Source of the DNA: the human T2T-CHM13v2.0 reference genome, Homo sapiens
DNA length: 64,000 nucleotides
Assembly: GCF_009914755.1 (NCBI RefSeq)
Contig: NC_060939.1
Reading direction: 5' to 3' (one strand)
Of this stretch, positions 1 to 13,826 are shown piece after piece. The first letter of the stretch is position 1. Each line of letters starts with the position of its first letter. Both the position numbers and the translations under genes were made by a program. The notes beneath the pieces are model-generated. The model did no database searches, was not told the origin of the DNA, and saw nothing but the letters and a program-made list of their open reading frames with translations.

Positions 1-1147
1 TCTCCCTCACACCCAGGCCCACCCTCCCTCAAGGTTGCACCTTCTCCACCTGAAGGAAGCTGCCAGGTGGCCATAGGAGCCCTTCTCTTGGCAGGCCAGC
101 TTCCAGGCCCAGTGGCTTCTCTTACATCAGGGGCCTCCCCTTGGAATGTTCCCTGAAGGCCAGACACGGGCAGGTAGTCTGTGGTCAAGCAGCCACCCTG
201 ACAGGAGGCTAGATGCCACTGGGTGTGCTTTGAGTTTCCTAGATGTGGAGAGTTCTGTGTGGCCACTTTTATGGAAAAGCATCTCTTTAGCCAGAATTTT
301 AAAATAAAGAGGATAACTTCCTGGTGAGAACAGACGTGGAAAGGAAGGCACTTTGGTTTCACGCTCATGTAAGAGAGGGCTGTTGGCGGTCACTCCTCAG
401 AACTATGGCCAGCCCTGGATGGTAGCCAGCTGCTTTTTGCCCCAAAAGTCTGTTTAGCTGGGTCTCTGCATTCTGGAAGCTTGTCAAAGCCCGGGCCTTT
501 CCTGGGTCAGGGCAGCCGGCTTTCCTTGTCCACGTGTGGCCGGCTGTTTTCTTGGGGAGCCCCGGCCACAGCCGGCAGGACTCCCTTTGCTCCATGTGAC
601 TCTGAGGGCCTCACAGGTATTTGCAGCCCAGGTGCTGTCGGAGCCCAGCCGATGCTACCGACACACAGCACAAGCGTCATCCTGTTCTGCCTGTCCCTTG
701 CGTGTGGAGGGGACTCGTGCCCAGGGCTCTCCTTGCTGGCTTGTTGGAATCTGGCTTCAGGTCTACACGGGGCCTCTCGTTTGGTCCAGAACAGCCTGGC
801 TCATCGGCTGGGGCTTGCTTGTGCAGGGCTGGAGCGAGCACGTGCTAGATGGAGACAGCAGACTCGGAGTGTGCATTTCTTCGTGTTGCAAGCCTGGCCT
901 CACAGTGCCTTCTTCCTTTGGTTGTCTGCCAGGGGTAGCCCTGCACCAGGAGGAAGCTTAGAAATAGCACAGGTGGGAACCGGAGAGAGAGCACTGTTGG
1001 GGAAGCTGCGGTCACTCATCAGCCTTCCTGGTGAGAAACCAGGGGTTTCCTGCTAATTCTGGAAAGGATGTTTCAGCAGTGCCTGCATGAGACGCCTCAG
1101 ATAGAAAACTGGTTATTTTTGTTTCTTAGCACTGCCACCATAGATAA

Positions 1148-1834
<687 letters not shown>

Positions 1835-2057
1835 TCCTTGGATCCTGAATCTGTGCAAACAGTAACGTGTGCGCACGCGCAGCGGGGTGGGGGGGGAGAG
1901 AGAGTTTTAACAATCCATTCACAAGCCTCCTGTACCTCAGTGGATCTTCAGAACTGCCCTTGCTGCCCGCGGGAGACAGCTTCTCTGCAGTAAAACACAT
2001 TTGGGATGTTCCTTTTTTCAATATGCAAGCAGCTTTTTATTCCCTGCCCAAACCCTT

Positions 2058-2065
2058 AACTGACA
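2058..2065 (+). promoter_or_regulatory. miR-223 8mer site
   Basis: AACTGACA is the complement of the miR-223 seed plus A1. Confidence 0.65.
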
Positions 2066-4448
2066 TGGGCCTTTAAGAACCTTAATGACAACACTTAATA
2101 GCAACAGAGCACTTGAGAACCAGTCTCCTCACTCTGTCCCTGTCCTTCCCTGTTCTCCCTTTCTCTCTCCTCTCTGCTTCATAACGGAAAAATAATTGCC
2201 ACAAGTCCAGCTGGGAAGCCCTTTTTATCAGTTTGAGGAAGTGGCTGTCCCTGTGGCCCCATCCAACCACTGTACACACCCGCCTGACACCGTGGGTCAT
2301 TACAAAAAAACACGTGGAGATGGAAATTTTTACCTTTATCTTTCACCTTTCTAGGGACATGAAATTTACAAAGGGCCATCGTTCATCCAAGGCTGTTACC
2401 ATTTTAACGCTGCCTAATTTTGCCAAAATCCTGAACTTTCTCCCTCATCGGCCCGGCGCTGATTCCTCGTGTCCGGAGGCATGGGTGAGCATGGCAGCTG
2501 GTTGCTCCATTTGAGAGACACGCTGGCGACACACTCCGTCCATCCGACTGCCCCTGCTGTGCTGCTCAAGGCCACAGGCACACAGGTCTCATTGCTTCTG
2601 ACTAGATTATTATTTGGGGGAACTGGACACAATAGGTCTTTCTCTCAGTGAAGGTGGGGAGAAGCTGAACCGGCTTCCCTGCCCTGCCTCCCCAGCCCCC
2701 TGCCCAACCCCCAAGAATCTGGTGGCCATGGGCCCCGAAGCAGCCTGGCGGACAGGCTTGGAGTCAAGGGGCCCCATGCCTGCTTCTCTCCCAGCCCCAG
2801 CTCCCCCGCCCGCCCCCAAGGACACAGATGGGAAGGGGTTTCCAGGGACTCAGCCCCACTGTTGATGCAGGTTTGCAAGGAAAGAAATTCAAACACCACA
2901 ACAGCAGTAAGAAGAAAAGCAGTCAATGGATTCAAGCATTCTAAGCTTTGTTGACATTTTCTCTGTTCCTAGGACTTCTTCATGGGTCTTACAGTTCTAT
3001 GTTAGACCATGAAACATTTGCATACACATCGTCTTTAATGTCACTTTTATAACTTTTTTACGGTTCAGATATTCATCTATACGTCTGTACAGAAAAAAAA
3101 AGCTGCTATTTTTTTTGTTCTTGATCTTTGTGGATTTAATCTATGAAAACCTTCAGGTCCACCCTCTCCCCTTTCTGCTCACTCCAAGAAACTTCTTATG
3201 CTTTGTACTAGAGTGCGTGACTTTCTTCCTCTTTTCCCGGTAATGGATACTTCTATCACATAATTTGCCATGAACTGTTGGATGCCTTTTTATAAATACA
3301 TCCCCCATCCCTGCTCCCACCTGCCCCTTTAGTTGTTTTCTAACCCGTAGGCTCTCTGGGCACGAGGCAGAAAGCAGGCCGGGCACCCATCCTGAGAGGG
3401 CCGCGCTCCTCTCCCCAGCCTGCCCTCACAGCATTGGAGCCTGTTACAGTGCAAGACATGATACAAACTCAGGTCAGAAAAACAAAGGTTAAATATTTCA
3501 CACGTCTTTGTTCAGTGTTTCCACTCACCGTGGTTGAGAAGCCTCACCCTCTCTTTCCCTTGCCTTTGCTTAGGTTGTGACACACATATATATATATTTT
3601 TTTAATTCTTGGGTACAACAGCAGTGTTAACCGCAGACACTAGGCATTTGGATTACTATTTTTCTTAATGGCTATTTAATCCTTCCATCCCACGAAAAAC
3701 AGCTGCTGAGTCCAAGGGAGCAGCAGAGCGTGGTCCGGCAGGGCCTGTTGTGGCCCTCGCCACCCCCCTCACCGGACCGACTGACCTGTCTTTGGAACCA
3801 GAACATCCCAAGGGAACTCCTTCGCACTGGCGTTGAGTGGGACCCCGGGATCCAGGCTGGCCCAGGGCGGCACCCTCAGGGCTGTGCCCGCTGGAGTGCT
3901 AGGTGGAGGCAGCACAGACGCCACGGTGGCCCAAGAGCCCCTTTGCTTCTTGCTGGGGGACCAGGGCTGTGGTGCTGGCCCACTTTCCCTCGGCCAGGAA
4001 TCCAGGTCCTTGGGGCCCAGGGGTCTTGTCTTGTTTCATTTTTAGCACTTCTCACCAGAGAGATGACAGCACAAGAGTTGCTTCTGGGATAGAAATGTTT
4101 AGGAGTAAGAACAAAGCTGGGATACGGTGATTGCTAGTTGTGACTGAAGATTCAACACAGAAAAGAAAGTTTATACGGCTTTTTTGCTGGTCAGCAGTTT
4201 GTCCCACTGCTTTCTCTAGTCTCTATCCCATAGCGTGTTCCCTTTAAAAAAAAAAAAAGGTATTATATGTAGGAGTTTTCTTTTAATTTATTTTGTGATA
4301 AATTACCAGTTTCAATCACTGTAGAAAAGCCCCATTATGAATTTAAATTTCAAGGAAAGGGTGTGTGTGTGTATGTGTGGGGTGTGTGTGTGTGAGAGTG
4401 ATGGGACAGTTCTTGATTTTTTGGGTTTTTTTTCCCCCAAACATTTAT

Positions 4449-4456
4449 CTACCTCA
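4449..4456 (+). promoter_or_regulatory. let-7 8mer site (further seed matches at 1933-1939 and 8492-8498)
   Basis: CTACCTCA is the complement of the let-7 seed plus A1; IGF1R is an established let-7 target. Confidence 0.75.
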
Positions 4457-5792
4457 CTCTTATTTTTTATATGTGTATATAGACAAAAGAATACATCTCA
4501 CCTTTCTCAGCACCTGACAATAGGCCGTTGATACTGGTAACCTCATCCACGCCACAGGCGCCACACCCAGGTGATGCAGGGGGAAGCCAGGCTGTATTCC
4601 GGGGTCAAAGCAACACTAACTCACCTCTCTGCTCATTTCAGACAGCTTGCCTTTTTCTGAGATGTCCTGTTTTGTGTTGCTTTTTTTTTGTTTTGTTTTC
4701 TATCTTGGTTTCCACCAAGGTGTTAGATTTCTCCTCCTCCTAGCCAGGTGGCCCTGTGAGGCCAACGAGGGCACCAGAGCACACCTGGGGGAGCCACCAG
4801 GCTGTCCCTGGCTGGTTGTCTTTGGAACAAACTGCTTCTGTGCAGATGGAATGACCAACACATTTCGTCCTTAAGAGAGCAGTGGTTCCTCAGGTTCTGA
4901 GGAGAGGAAGGTGTCCAGGCAGCACCATCTCTGTGCGAATCCCCAGGGTAAAGGCGTGGGTCATTGGGTTTGCTCCCCTTGCTGCTGCTCCATCCCTGCA
5001 GGAGGCTCGCGCTGAGGCAGGACCGTGCGGCCATGGCTGCTGCATTCATTGAGCACAAAGGTGCAGCTGCAGCAGCAGCTGGAGAGCAAGAGTCACCCAG
5101 CCTGTGCGCCAGAATGCAGAGGCTCCTGACCTCACAGCCAGTCCCTGATAGAACACACGCAGGAGCAGAGTCCCCTCCCCCTCCAGGCTGCCCTCTCAAC
5201 TTCTCCCTCACCTCCTTCCCTAGGGGTAGACAGAGATGTACCAAACCTTCCGGCTGGAAAGCCCAGTGGCCGGCGCCGAGGCTCGTGGCGTCACGCCCCC
5301 CCCGCCAGGGCTGTACCTCCGTCTCCCTGGTCCTGCTGCTCACAGGACAGACGGCTCGCTCCCCTCTTCCAGCAGCTGCTCTTACAGGCACTGATGATTT
5401 CGCTGGGAAGTGTGGCGGGCAGCTTTGCCTAAGCGTGGATGGCTCCTCGGCAATTCCAGCCTAAGTGAAGGCGCTCAGGAGCCTCCTGCTGGAACGCGAC
5501 CCATCTCTCCCAGGACCCCGGGGATCTTAAGGTCATTGAGAAATACTGTTGGATCAGGGTTTTGTTCTTCCACACTGTAGGTGACCCCTTGGAATAACGG
5601 CCTCTCCTCTCGTGCACATACCTACCGGTTTCCACAACTGGATTTCTACAGATCATTCAGCTGGTTATAAGGGTTTTGTTTAAACTGTCCGAGTTACTGA
5701 TGTCATTTTGTTTTTGTTTTATGTAGGTAGCTTTTAAGTAGAAAACACTAACAGTGTAGTGCCCATCATAGCAAATGCTTCAGAAACACCTC

Positions 5793-5798
5793 AATAAA
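5793..5798 (+). terminator. Candidate internal polyadenylation signal in the IGF1R 3'UTR
   Basis: AATAAA with a U-rich upstream region and GU-containing downstream sequence; usage cannot be shown from sequence. Confidence 0.4.
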
Positions 5799-7433
5799 AG
5801 AGAAAACTTGGCTTGTGTGATGGTGCAGTCATTTTACTGGACCAACCCACCCACCTTGACTATACCAAGGCATCATCTATCCACAGTTCTAGCCTAACTT
5901 CATGCTGATTTCTCTGCCTCTTGATTTTTCTCTGTGTGTTCCAAATAATCTTAAGCTGAGTTGTGGCATTTTCCATGCAACCTCCTTCTGCCAGCAGCTC
6001 ACACTGCTTGAAGTCATATGAACCACTGAGGCACATCATGGAATTGATGTGAGCATTAAGACGTTCTCCCACACAGCCCTTCCCTGAGGCAGCAGGAGCT
6101 GGTGTGTACTGGAGACACTGTTGAACTTGATCAAGACCCAGACCACCCCAGGTCTCCTTCGTGGGATGTCATGACGTTTGACATACCTTTGGAACGAGCC
6201 TCCTCCTTGGAAGATGGAAGACCGTGTTCGTGGCCGACCTGGCCTCTCCTGGCCTGTTTCTTAAGATGCGGAGTCACATTTCAATGGTACGAAAAGTGGC
6301 TTCGTAAAATAGAAGAGCAGTCACTGTGGAACTACCAAATGGCGAGATGCTCGGTGCACATTGGGGTGCTTTGGGATAAAAGATTTATGAGCCAACTATT
6401 CTCTGGCACCAGATTCTAGGCCAGTTTGTTCCACTGAAGCTTTTCCCACAGCAGTCCACCTCTGCAGGCTGGCAGCCGAATGGCTTGCCAGTGGCTCTGT
6501 GGCAAGATCACACTGAGATCGATGGGTGAGAAGGCTAGGATGCTTGTCTAGTGTTCTTAGCTGTCACGTTGGCTCCTTCCAGGGTGGCCAGACGGTGTTG
6601 GCCACTCCCTTCTAAAACACAGGCGCCCTCCTGGTGACAGTGACCCGCCGTGGTATGCCTTGGCCCATTCCAGCAGTCCCAGTTATGCATTTCAAGTTTG
6701 GGGTTTGTTCTTTTCGTTAATGTTCCTCTGTGTTGTCAGCTGTCTTCATTTCCTGGGCTAAGCAGCATTGGGAGATGTGGACCAGAGATCCACTCCTTAA
6801 GAACCAGTGGCGAAAGACACTTTCTTTCTTCACTCTGAAGTAGCTGGTGGTACAAATGAGAACTTCAAGAGAGGATGTTATTTAGACTGAACCTCTGTTG
6901 CCAGAGATGCTGAAGATACAGACCTTGGACAGGTCAGAGGGTTTCATTTTTGGCCTTCATCTTAGATGACTGGTTGCGTCATTTGGAGAAGTGAGTGCTC
7001 CTTGATGGTGGAATGACCGGGTGGTGGGTACAGAACCATTGTCACAGGGATCCTGGCACAGAGAAGAGTTACGAGCAGCAGGGTGCAGGGCTTGGAAGGA
7101 ATGTGGGCAAGGTTTTGAACTTGATTGTTCTTGAAGCTATCAGACCACATCGAGGCTCAGCAGTCATCCGTGGGCATTTGGTTTCAACAAAGAAACCTAA
7201 CATCCTACTCTGGAAACTGATCTCGGAGTTAAGGCGAATTGTTCAAGAACACAAACTACATCGCACTCGTCAGTTGTCAGTTCTGGGGCATGACTTTAGC
7301 GTTTTGTTTCTGCGAGAACATAACGATCACTCATTTTTATGTCCCACGTGTGTGTGTCCGCATCTTTCTGGTCAACATTGTTTTAACTAGTCACTCATTA
7401 GCGTTTTCAATAGGGCTCTTAAGTCCAGTAGAT

Positions 7434-7441
7434 TACGGGTA
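7434..7441 (+). promoter_or_regulatory. miR-99/100 8mer site
   Basis: TACGGGTA, a rare CpG-containing seed match; IGF1R is an established miR-99/100 target. Confidence 0.8.
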
Positions 7442-7780
7442 GTCAGTTGACGAAGATCTGGTTTACAAGAACTAATTAAATGTTTCATTGCATTTTTGTA
7501 AGAACAGAATAATTTTATAAAATGTTTGTAGTTTATAATTGCCGAAAATAATTTAAAGACACTTTTTTTTTCTCTGTGTGTGCAAATGTGTGTTTGTGAT
7601 CCATTTTTTTTTTTTTTTTTAGGACACCTGTTTACTAGCTAGCTTTACAATATGCCAAAAAAGGATTTCTCCCTGACCCCATCCGTGGTTCACCCTCTTT
7701 TCCCCCCATGCTTTTTGCCCTAGTTTATAACAAAGGAATGATGATGATTTAAAAAGTAGTTCTGTATCTTCAGTATCTTG

Positions 7781-7788
7781 GTCTTCCA
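7781..7788 (+). promoter_or_regulatory. miR-7 8mer site
   Basis: GTCTTCCA is the complement of the miR-7 seed plus A1. Confidence 0.7.
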
Positions 7789-8898
7789 GAACCCTCTGGT
7801 TGGGAAGGGGATCATTTTTTACTGGTCATTTCCCTTTGGAGTGTAGCTACTTTAACAGATGGAAAGAACCTCATTGGCCATGGAAACAGCCGAGGTGTTG
7901 GAGCCCAGCAGTGCATGGCACCGTTCGGCATCTGGCTTGATTGGTCTGGCTGCCGTCATTGTCAGCACAGTGCCATGGACATGGGAAGACTTGACTGCAC
8001 AGCCAATGGTTTTCATGATGATTACAGCATACACAGTGATCACATAAACGATGACAGCTATGGGGCACACAGGCCATTTGCTTACATGCCTCGTATCATG
8101 ATTGATTACTGCTTTGTTAGAACACAGAAGAGACCCTATTTTATTTAAGGCAGAACCCCGAAGATACGTATTTCCAATACAGAAAAGAATTTTTAATAAA
8201 AACTATAACATACACAAAAATTGGTTTTAAAGTTGACTCCACTTCCTCTAACTCCAGTGGATTGTTGGCCATGTCTCCCCAACTCCACAATATCTCTATC
8301 ATGGGAAACACCTGGGGTTTTTGCGCTACATAGGAGAAAGATCTGGAAACTATTTGGGTTTTGTTTTCAACTTTTCATTTGGATGTTTGGCGTTGCACAC
8401 ACACATCCACCGGTGGAAGAGACGCCCGGTGAAAACACCTGTCTGCTTTCTAAGCCAGTGAGGTTGAGGTGAGAGGTTTGCCAGAGTTTGTCTACCTCTG
8501 GGTATCCCTTTGTCTGGGATAAAAAAAATCAAACCAGAAGGCGGGATGGAATGGATGCACCGCAAATAATGCATTTTCTGAGTTTTCTTGTTAAAAAAAA
8601 ATTTTTTTAAGTAAGAAAAAAAAAGGTAATAACATGGCCAATTTGTTACATAAAATGACTTTCTGTGTATAAATTATTCCTAAAAAATCCTGTTTATATA
8701 AAAAATCAGTAGATGAAAAAAATTTCAAAATGTTTTTGTATATTCTGTTGTAAGAATTTATTCCTGTTATTGCGATATACTCTGGATTCTTTACATAATG
8801 GAAAAAAGAAACTGTCTATTTTGAATGGCTGAAGCTAAGGCAACGTTAGTTTCTCTTACTCTGCTTTTTTCTAGTAAAGTACTACATGGTTTAAGTTA

Positions 8899-8945
8899 AA
8901 TAAAATAATTCTGTATGCATTTCTGTCTCTGGTTTGGTTTTGTCC
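8899..8945 (+). terminator. IGF1R: IGF1R distal polyadenylation site
   Basis: AATAAA at 8899-8904, CA near 8918-8919, then the GU/U-rich tract tttctgtctctggtttggttttgt. Confidence 0.88.
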
Positions 8946-9734
8946 CTCCTGGAAGCATCACTACACTTTGGTGGCAGGGAAGCTGAGCTATGTGGGGCAC
9001 GTGTGTTCACGCATGTTGCCTGGAAGCGTTCTCCAGAAAAGCATTGCCTCTTCTCTGACAGCTGAGCTTTCTCAGCATGCAAATTGCCAGTAAAGACGAC
9101 AGGGAAGCTATCTGTTTCTCCCTCCATTAAATCATCTGGAAAGAAATTTGAATACATAAATTACGAAACTCTGTACTGCAGTTCCGACTGATTTGTAGAC
9201 TTTTTTCCTATACCTTCCACTAACAACAGTCAGGCCAAGGCAAGTCTGATCTGCATGACCCCAAGGCAGAGGACTTCAGTTCTTCACATTTCCCATGTGC
9301 TTTTTGGTCTTTCACAGCTGACATGCCCACCTCGGGGGGGTGCTGGTGAGAACCCAGTGGGCCTCACGCAGAATGTGGGTCACTGGAGGAGCTCCAAAGT
9401 CCTAGTTACTTTCTAGCTGCTGCTCAGTGATCTCTGTCTGCCCCTAGGGACCCTACAATGTAAACATTATTTTTGTCAGGGGAAATGGCATGTATGGCAA
9501 GGTGTGTTCTAGAATCAGACTAAGGATTCAGACACATCAGGCAGAGAAGCTGGTCATTTCCTTCAACTTTATCATGGGAAATTATGCTCCAATAGCAAAA
9601 TCGGGCCAGTAGAAGAAGAGCTGTCCAGCAATGTATAGGTAGAAGTAAACCGAAGACCATGGTTACTTCAGACCTGTTGAGCCTCAGAAGTGTTTGCACC
9701 TAAAAGCAAAGGCCTTTCTGAAAGGGGACTCTCA

Positions 9735-10032
<298 letters not shown>

Positions 10033-11100
10033 TCAAGCTTGGCATTGCTTCAGGGTTACTGCTCAGTGTTGTCACCAAGTGCCTGGCACTCAGGGGATCT
10101 TCATTAGGTGACTGATGATGAGGAGGTCTCAATTCTGAGGCTGGAAAGCCCAACAGGGCCTCCTCCTTCCCTGGTCAGGTAGATGCTGCCCTTCCAGGTT
10201 GCCACAGTGCAGTCTGCACTTGGCCTGCCCAGCCAGAAGGAGCAGCAATATCTAAGGATGAAGGTGCTGGGTCTTCAGAAGCATTAGAACCTTTCCCCTC
10301 CAGGCCATTTCTTAAGACTGCAAGCCCTCAAGAGCTATTTCTGCATTTACCCCCCAAGTCCAGGTATGAGTCCATACTCACTCAGATGTGTGATTTTTGT
10401 AGTGTTCTAATGTTGCTAAAAAGACCTTCACATCCATTCTCTCACCAGATGTTCACAATCACCCTGCAAAGGAAGGATTTTAATTACTCTTACAGATGAG
10501 CAAACATACAGGCATGCTCAAGACCCCTCCCCCGCCCCCCCACCTCCCCACCAGCTACCAACTCAGGACTCAGCCTCTCAGCCTTTTCTGCTGTGGTTCT
10601 CAATCTGGCTTCAGCACTGCCAGAACTAAGCAGGCTCTGTGCATACTGACAAGGGATGCTGGGTGAAGTACACAGCCCAGGTGTGAATGAGACTTCTGGG
10701 GTTCTCCCTGGAGAACTTCAGGGGCCACAGCGGGGGGAAATGATGGGGAAGTTCTTGAAGAGGGAGCTCTGGGCCTCCCAACTGGATAATATCTAAAAAT
10801 TTAAAAAATGTTATGGCATGCTGCCAGGCAGTCTGAAATATAACACTGGAGCCCAGTCCTGGGGGCCCCTTGCTTGCCAGTGTCCTGGGACAGAATTGCC
10901 CATAGCACAGACAGATCTCCACATTAGCAACCATGCAGCCAGACCTGTGCACACCGCCCAGCACCACCTCCCCCCATCCCCCAATATGTGGGCTTTGATC
11001 TGTTTTCTAGCAAATGATCCAGGTGTACTTGCAAAGGGAGTCCCCTAAAGGCTACTCCAAATGCAAAAAGCGTGCTGGCGGCCTTGACTGCTTCCTTTGG

Positions 11101-11486
<386 letters not shown>

Positions 11487-11829
11487 TAACTGATGAATTT
11501 TTTAAATGTAGTCAAGTGAAAAATGGTAGTTGTAAGCACACCAACGTAACAAGAAATTTCCCAGAGCTCACCTACCTTCACTCACTTCCTCCAAAAAAAA
11601 AAAAAAAGCGATGTTACCAATGGGACTCCCAAAGGAAATCTGCCCCTAGAAAACACTGAACAGGTAGAATCTTGCTGGGAGAAGCTTGGCACAAGACCCG
11701 GTGCTGTGTCATAAAAGCAAAACAAAACATGAAACAGAAAGGAGATTCTGCTTTTAAAAAGGGAAGACACCATGGAGAGAAGCTAAGCCCGGCTATTAAC
11801 CTGCGCCTTCAAACCAAACACTACCAGTG

Positions 11830-12400
11830 TGACTGTAAAATGGTGCAGCCCCTGTGCAAAACAAAATGGCAGTTCCTTAAAAAATTAAACACAGAATTAG
11901 CATTGAATCCAGGAATTCACCTCTGGAGATTGACCTGAAAGCAAGGACTCGGATACATATTTGCACGCCAGTGTTTGTAGCAGCATGATTTGCAAGAACC
12001 AAAAGGAGCAAGTAACGTAAGTGTTCATCTACAGCTGAATGGATGAAATGTGGTCCATACATACACTGGAATATTATTCAGCCTTCAACAGAATGAAATC
12101 CTGTCCCATGCTACAACATGGATGAACCTGGAGGACATGAGGCTGAAATAATACGCCAGATGTAGAAGGACCAGCGCCGCATGACTCCCTCATATGAGCT
12201 ACCTACAGTCAGATTCATAGGGATGGAGGGTGGAGTGGTGAGCACCAAGTGCTGGGAGGAAGAAGGAATAGGGAGTTAATAGGTACAGAGTTTCAGTTTG
12301 GGATGAGGAGAAAGTTCTGGAGATGGATGGTGGTGATGGTTGTACAACAAGGAAATGTACTGTATACTACTGAACTGTATGCTTGAAATTATTAAAATGA
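11830..12400 (+). mobile_element. L1M 3' fragment
   Basis: tgtaaaatggtgcagcc...ggaatattattcagcc...gttctggagatggatggtggtgatggttg. Confidence 0.8.
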
Positions 12401-12619
12401 GTAGTAAAAGGGGCAAACACAGAGACAGAGAAATCATACAGTAGAGCCTCGGTGGCTTCGAGGCTACCCAGGACCTGGACACACAAGCTCAAAGGCCAGG
12501 AATGGGGTCCCTGGAGCAGCGGCTGTCTCTGTGCTTCTGTAAGCATCTCCAAAACAGGTCTGTGGTCCCCACAGTCTGCGCAGGATCACACAGACCCACT
12601 GTGTAGATTTTTGGAAGAA

Positions 12620-12646
12620 AACAGATGACTCGGATTTCATTTTATT
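12620..12646 (-). terminator. PGPEP1L: PGPEP1L polyadenylation signal
   Basis: tttatt at 12641-12646 is AATAAA on the - strand, about 210 nt past the stop. Confidence 0.7.
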
Positions 12647-12854
12647 GTCATGAAAACCATAACTGAAGCTAGTTCATCCCCTGTGAAATGTCCACCTTTC
12701 AGAGTGTTCTTTCTCCTGACAATAAAATAACCCTTTGTGATTTTGTTGGGCTAATTCAGAGTTTTCCACCCTCTTTGTCTTACAAGCAATTTTTGAAAAA
12801 GTTTCTCAATGCACAGTTGAGTGCTACATACAGGATTGAAACATTCAATTTTCT

Positions 12855-13095
12855 CTAGAGGAGCAATCCCCCGGTCAGTTCCCTTTGGCTGGAAGGACCA
12901 TGGTTGAGTTTTCTTCGAACTGGGCTCTGTGCTTGGGCTTTCCCACCTCTTCCAGCATTTGCTGGATGATGACCTCTCAAGGCTCTTCCCAGCAGGCTGG
13001 CCGGGAGCCCGCGCGATAGTGGAGGGACATGGATGAGTGCCGCGCAGCCCTTTCCATGATGCAGAGACAGGTAATAGGTATAATCACAGACGTAT
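12855..13095 (-). CDS. PGPEP1L: PGPEP1L last coding exon (YVCDYTYY...IHVPP...LGRALR), frameshifted C-terminus in this haplotype
   Basis: ttgcAG|A TAC GTC TGT...; catalytic Cys and His present. As read, the frame ends at TAG 12855-12857, while the PGPEP1-homologous tail VIIQQMLEE...AKGN* (TGA 12875-12877) is offset by one base. Confidence 0.93.
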
Positions 13096-13826
13096 CTGCA
13101 ACCACAGGAAATGCCACATTAATTCTCGGACCAGCCTCTAACCTCAGTGAAACATACGCAGAAGTGGCAATGCAACACCCACAAAGCCTGAGGAGGGAGC
13201 ACTGCCACCCAAGGGAGACTTGTGTTGTTTCACCTCAGAAAGAACATGGTGCCAGGATGAGCTGGGGAGAGCTGGCTCTTGGCCTCATGGCCTCATGACC
13301 GGCAAGTGGCCAAGGCAGAAAGGGGTCAGATATTCCACAGCACCTGCATGCATCCCAGTGAATCCCTCTCATTCATGTCTTCGTTGAGTCACTTACTCAT
13401 TCATTCACTGGGGAAAGGGGAAAAACCACCTACTGGGGATCGGAGTTTGGAGAAACAAAGGTAAATCAATCTTTATCTGGGGCTACATCAACACAGTTAA
13501 CTCACAACTTCGGTCACCCCAAAAATCAAAATCAGAAAACATTCACGAAATGTTAGTGGCTCTTGAAGTCTGCCTTCCCATCTCTTCTCCTAGATCAACA
13601 CACCAAAGACCGTGTTTCCACAGGCAGGTCTCACAAACGAGACCTCAGGCAAGGTGTGAGCAACTGTGCTGGCCTGCACACAGCAAAGAGGGGCAATCTG
13701 GGGGCGGCACCGCATGGCCAAGTGGCCAGCTGGACGATACAGGATGGCTTCTTGGAGGTCGGGGGGACGCTGACGGCCATTGCTTCTCTCCTACCTGCTC
13801 AGAGTCCTGACACCCACAGAGCATAC

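Larger units (their letters stand above)
1835..8920 (+). other. IGF1R: IGF1R long 3'UTR (~7 kb)
   Basis: Follows the stop codon, contains no Alu or L1, has AU/U-rich blocks and many miRNA seed matches, and ends at AATAAA plus a GU-rich downstream element. Confidence 0.93.

Noticed and set aside
324-363. Possible paired head-to-head RBPJ site
   Set aside because: The spacing does not fit the 15-17 bp requirement and the partner sites are degenerate.
4723-5464. Overlapping 222-aa and 166-aa ORFs in the IGF1R 3'UTR
   Set aside because: GC-rich UTR patch with low-complexity products and no recognisable homology.
7859-8047. 62-aa ATG ORF with hydrophobic stretches in the 3'UTR
   Set aside because: It lies far downstream of the main stop; the composition is better explained by RNA structure. 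Ribo-seq or PhyloCSF would be needed to revive it.
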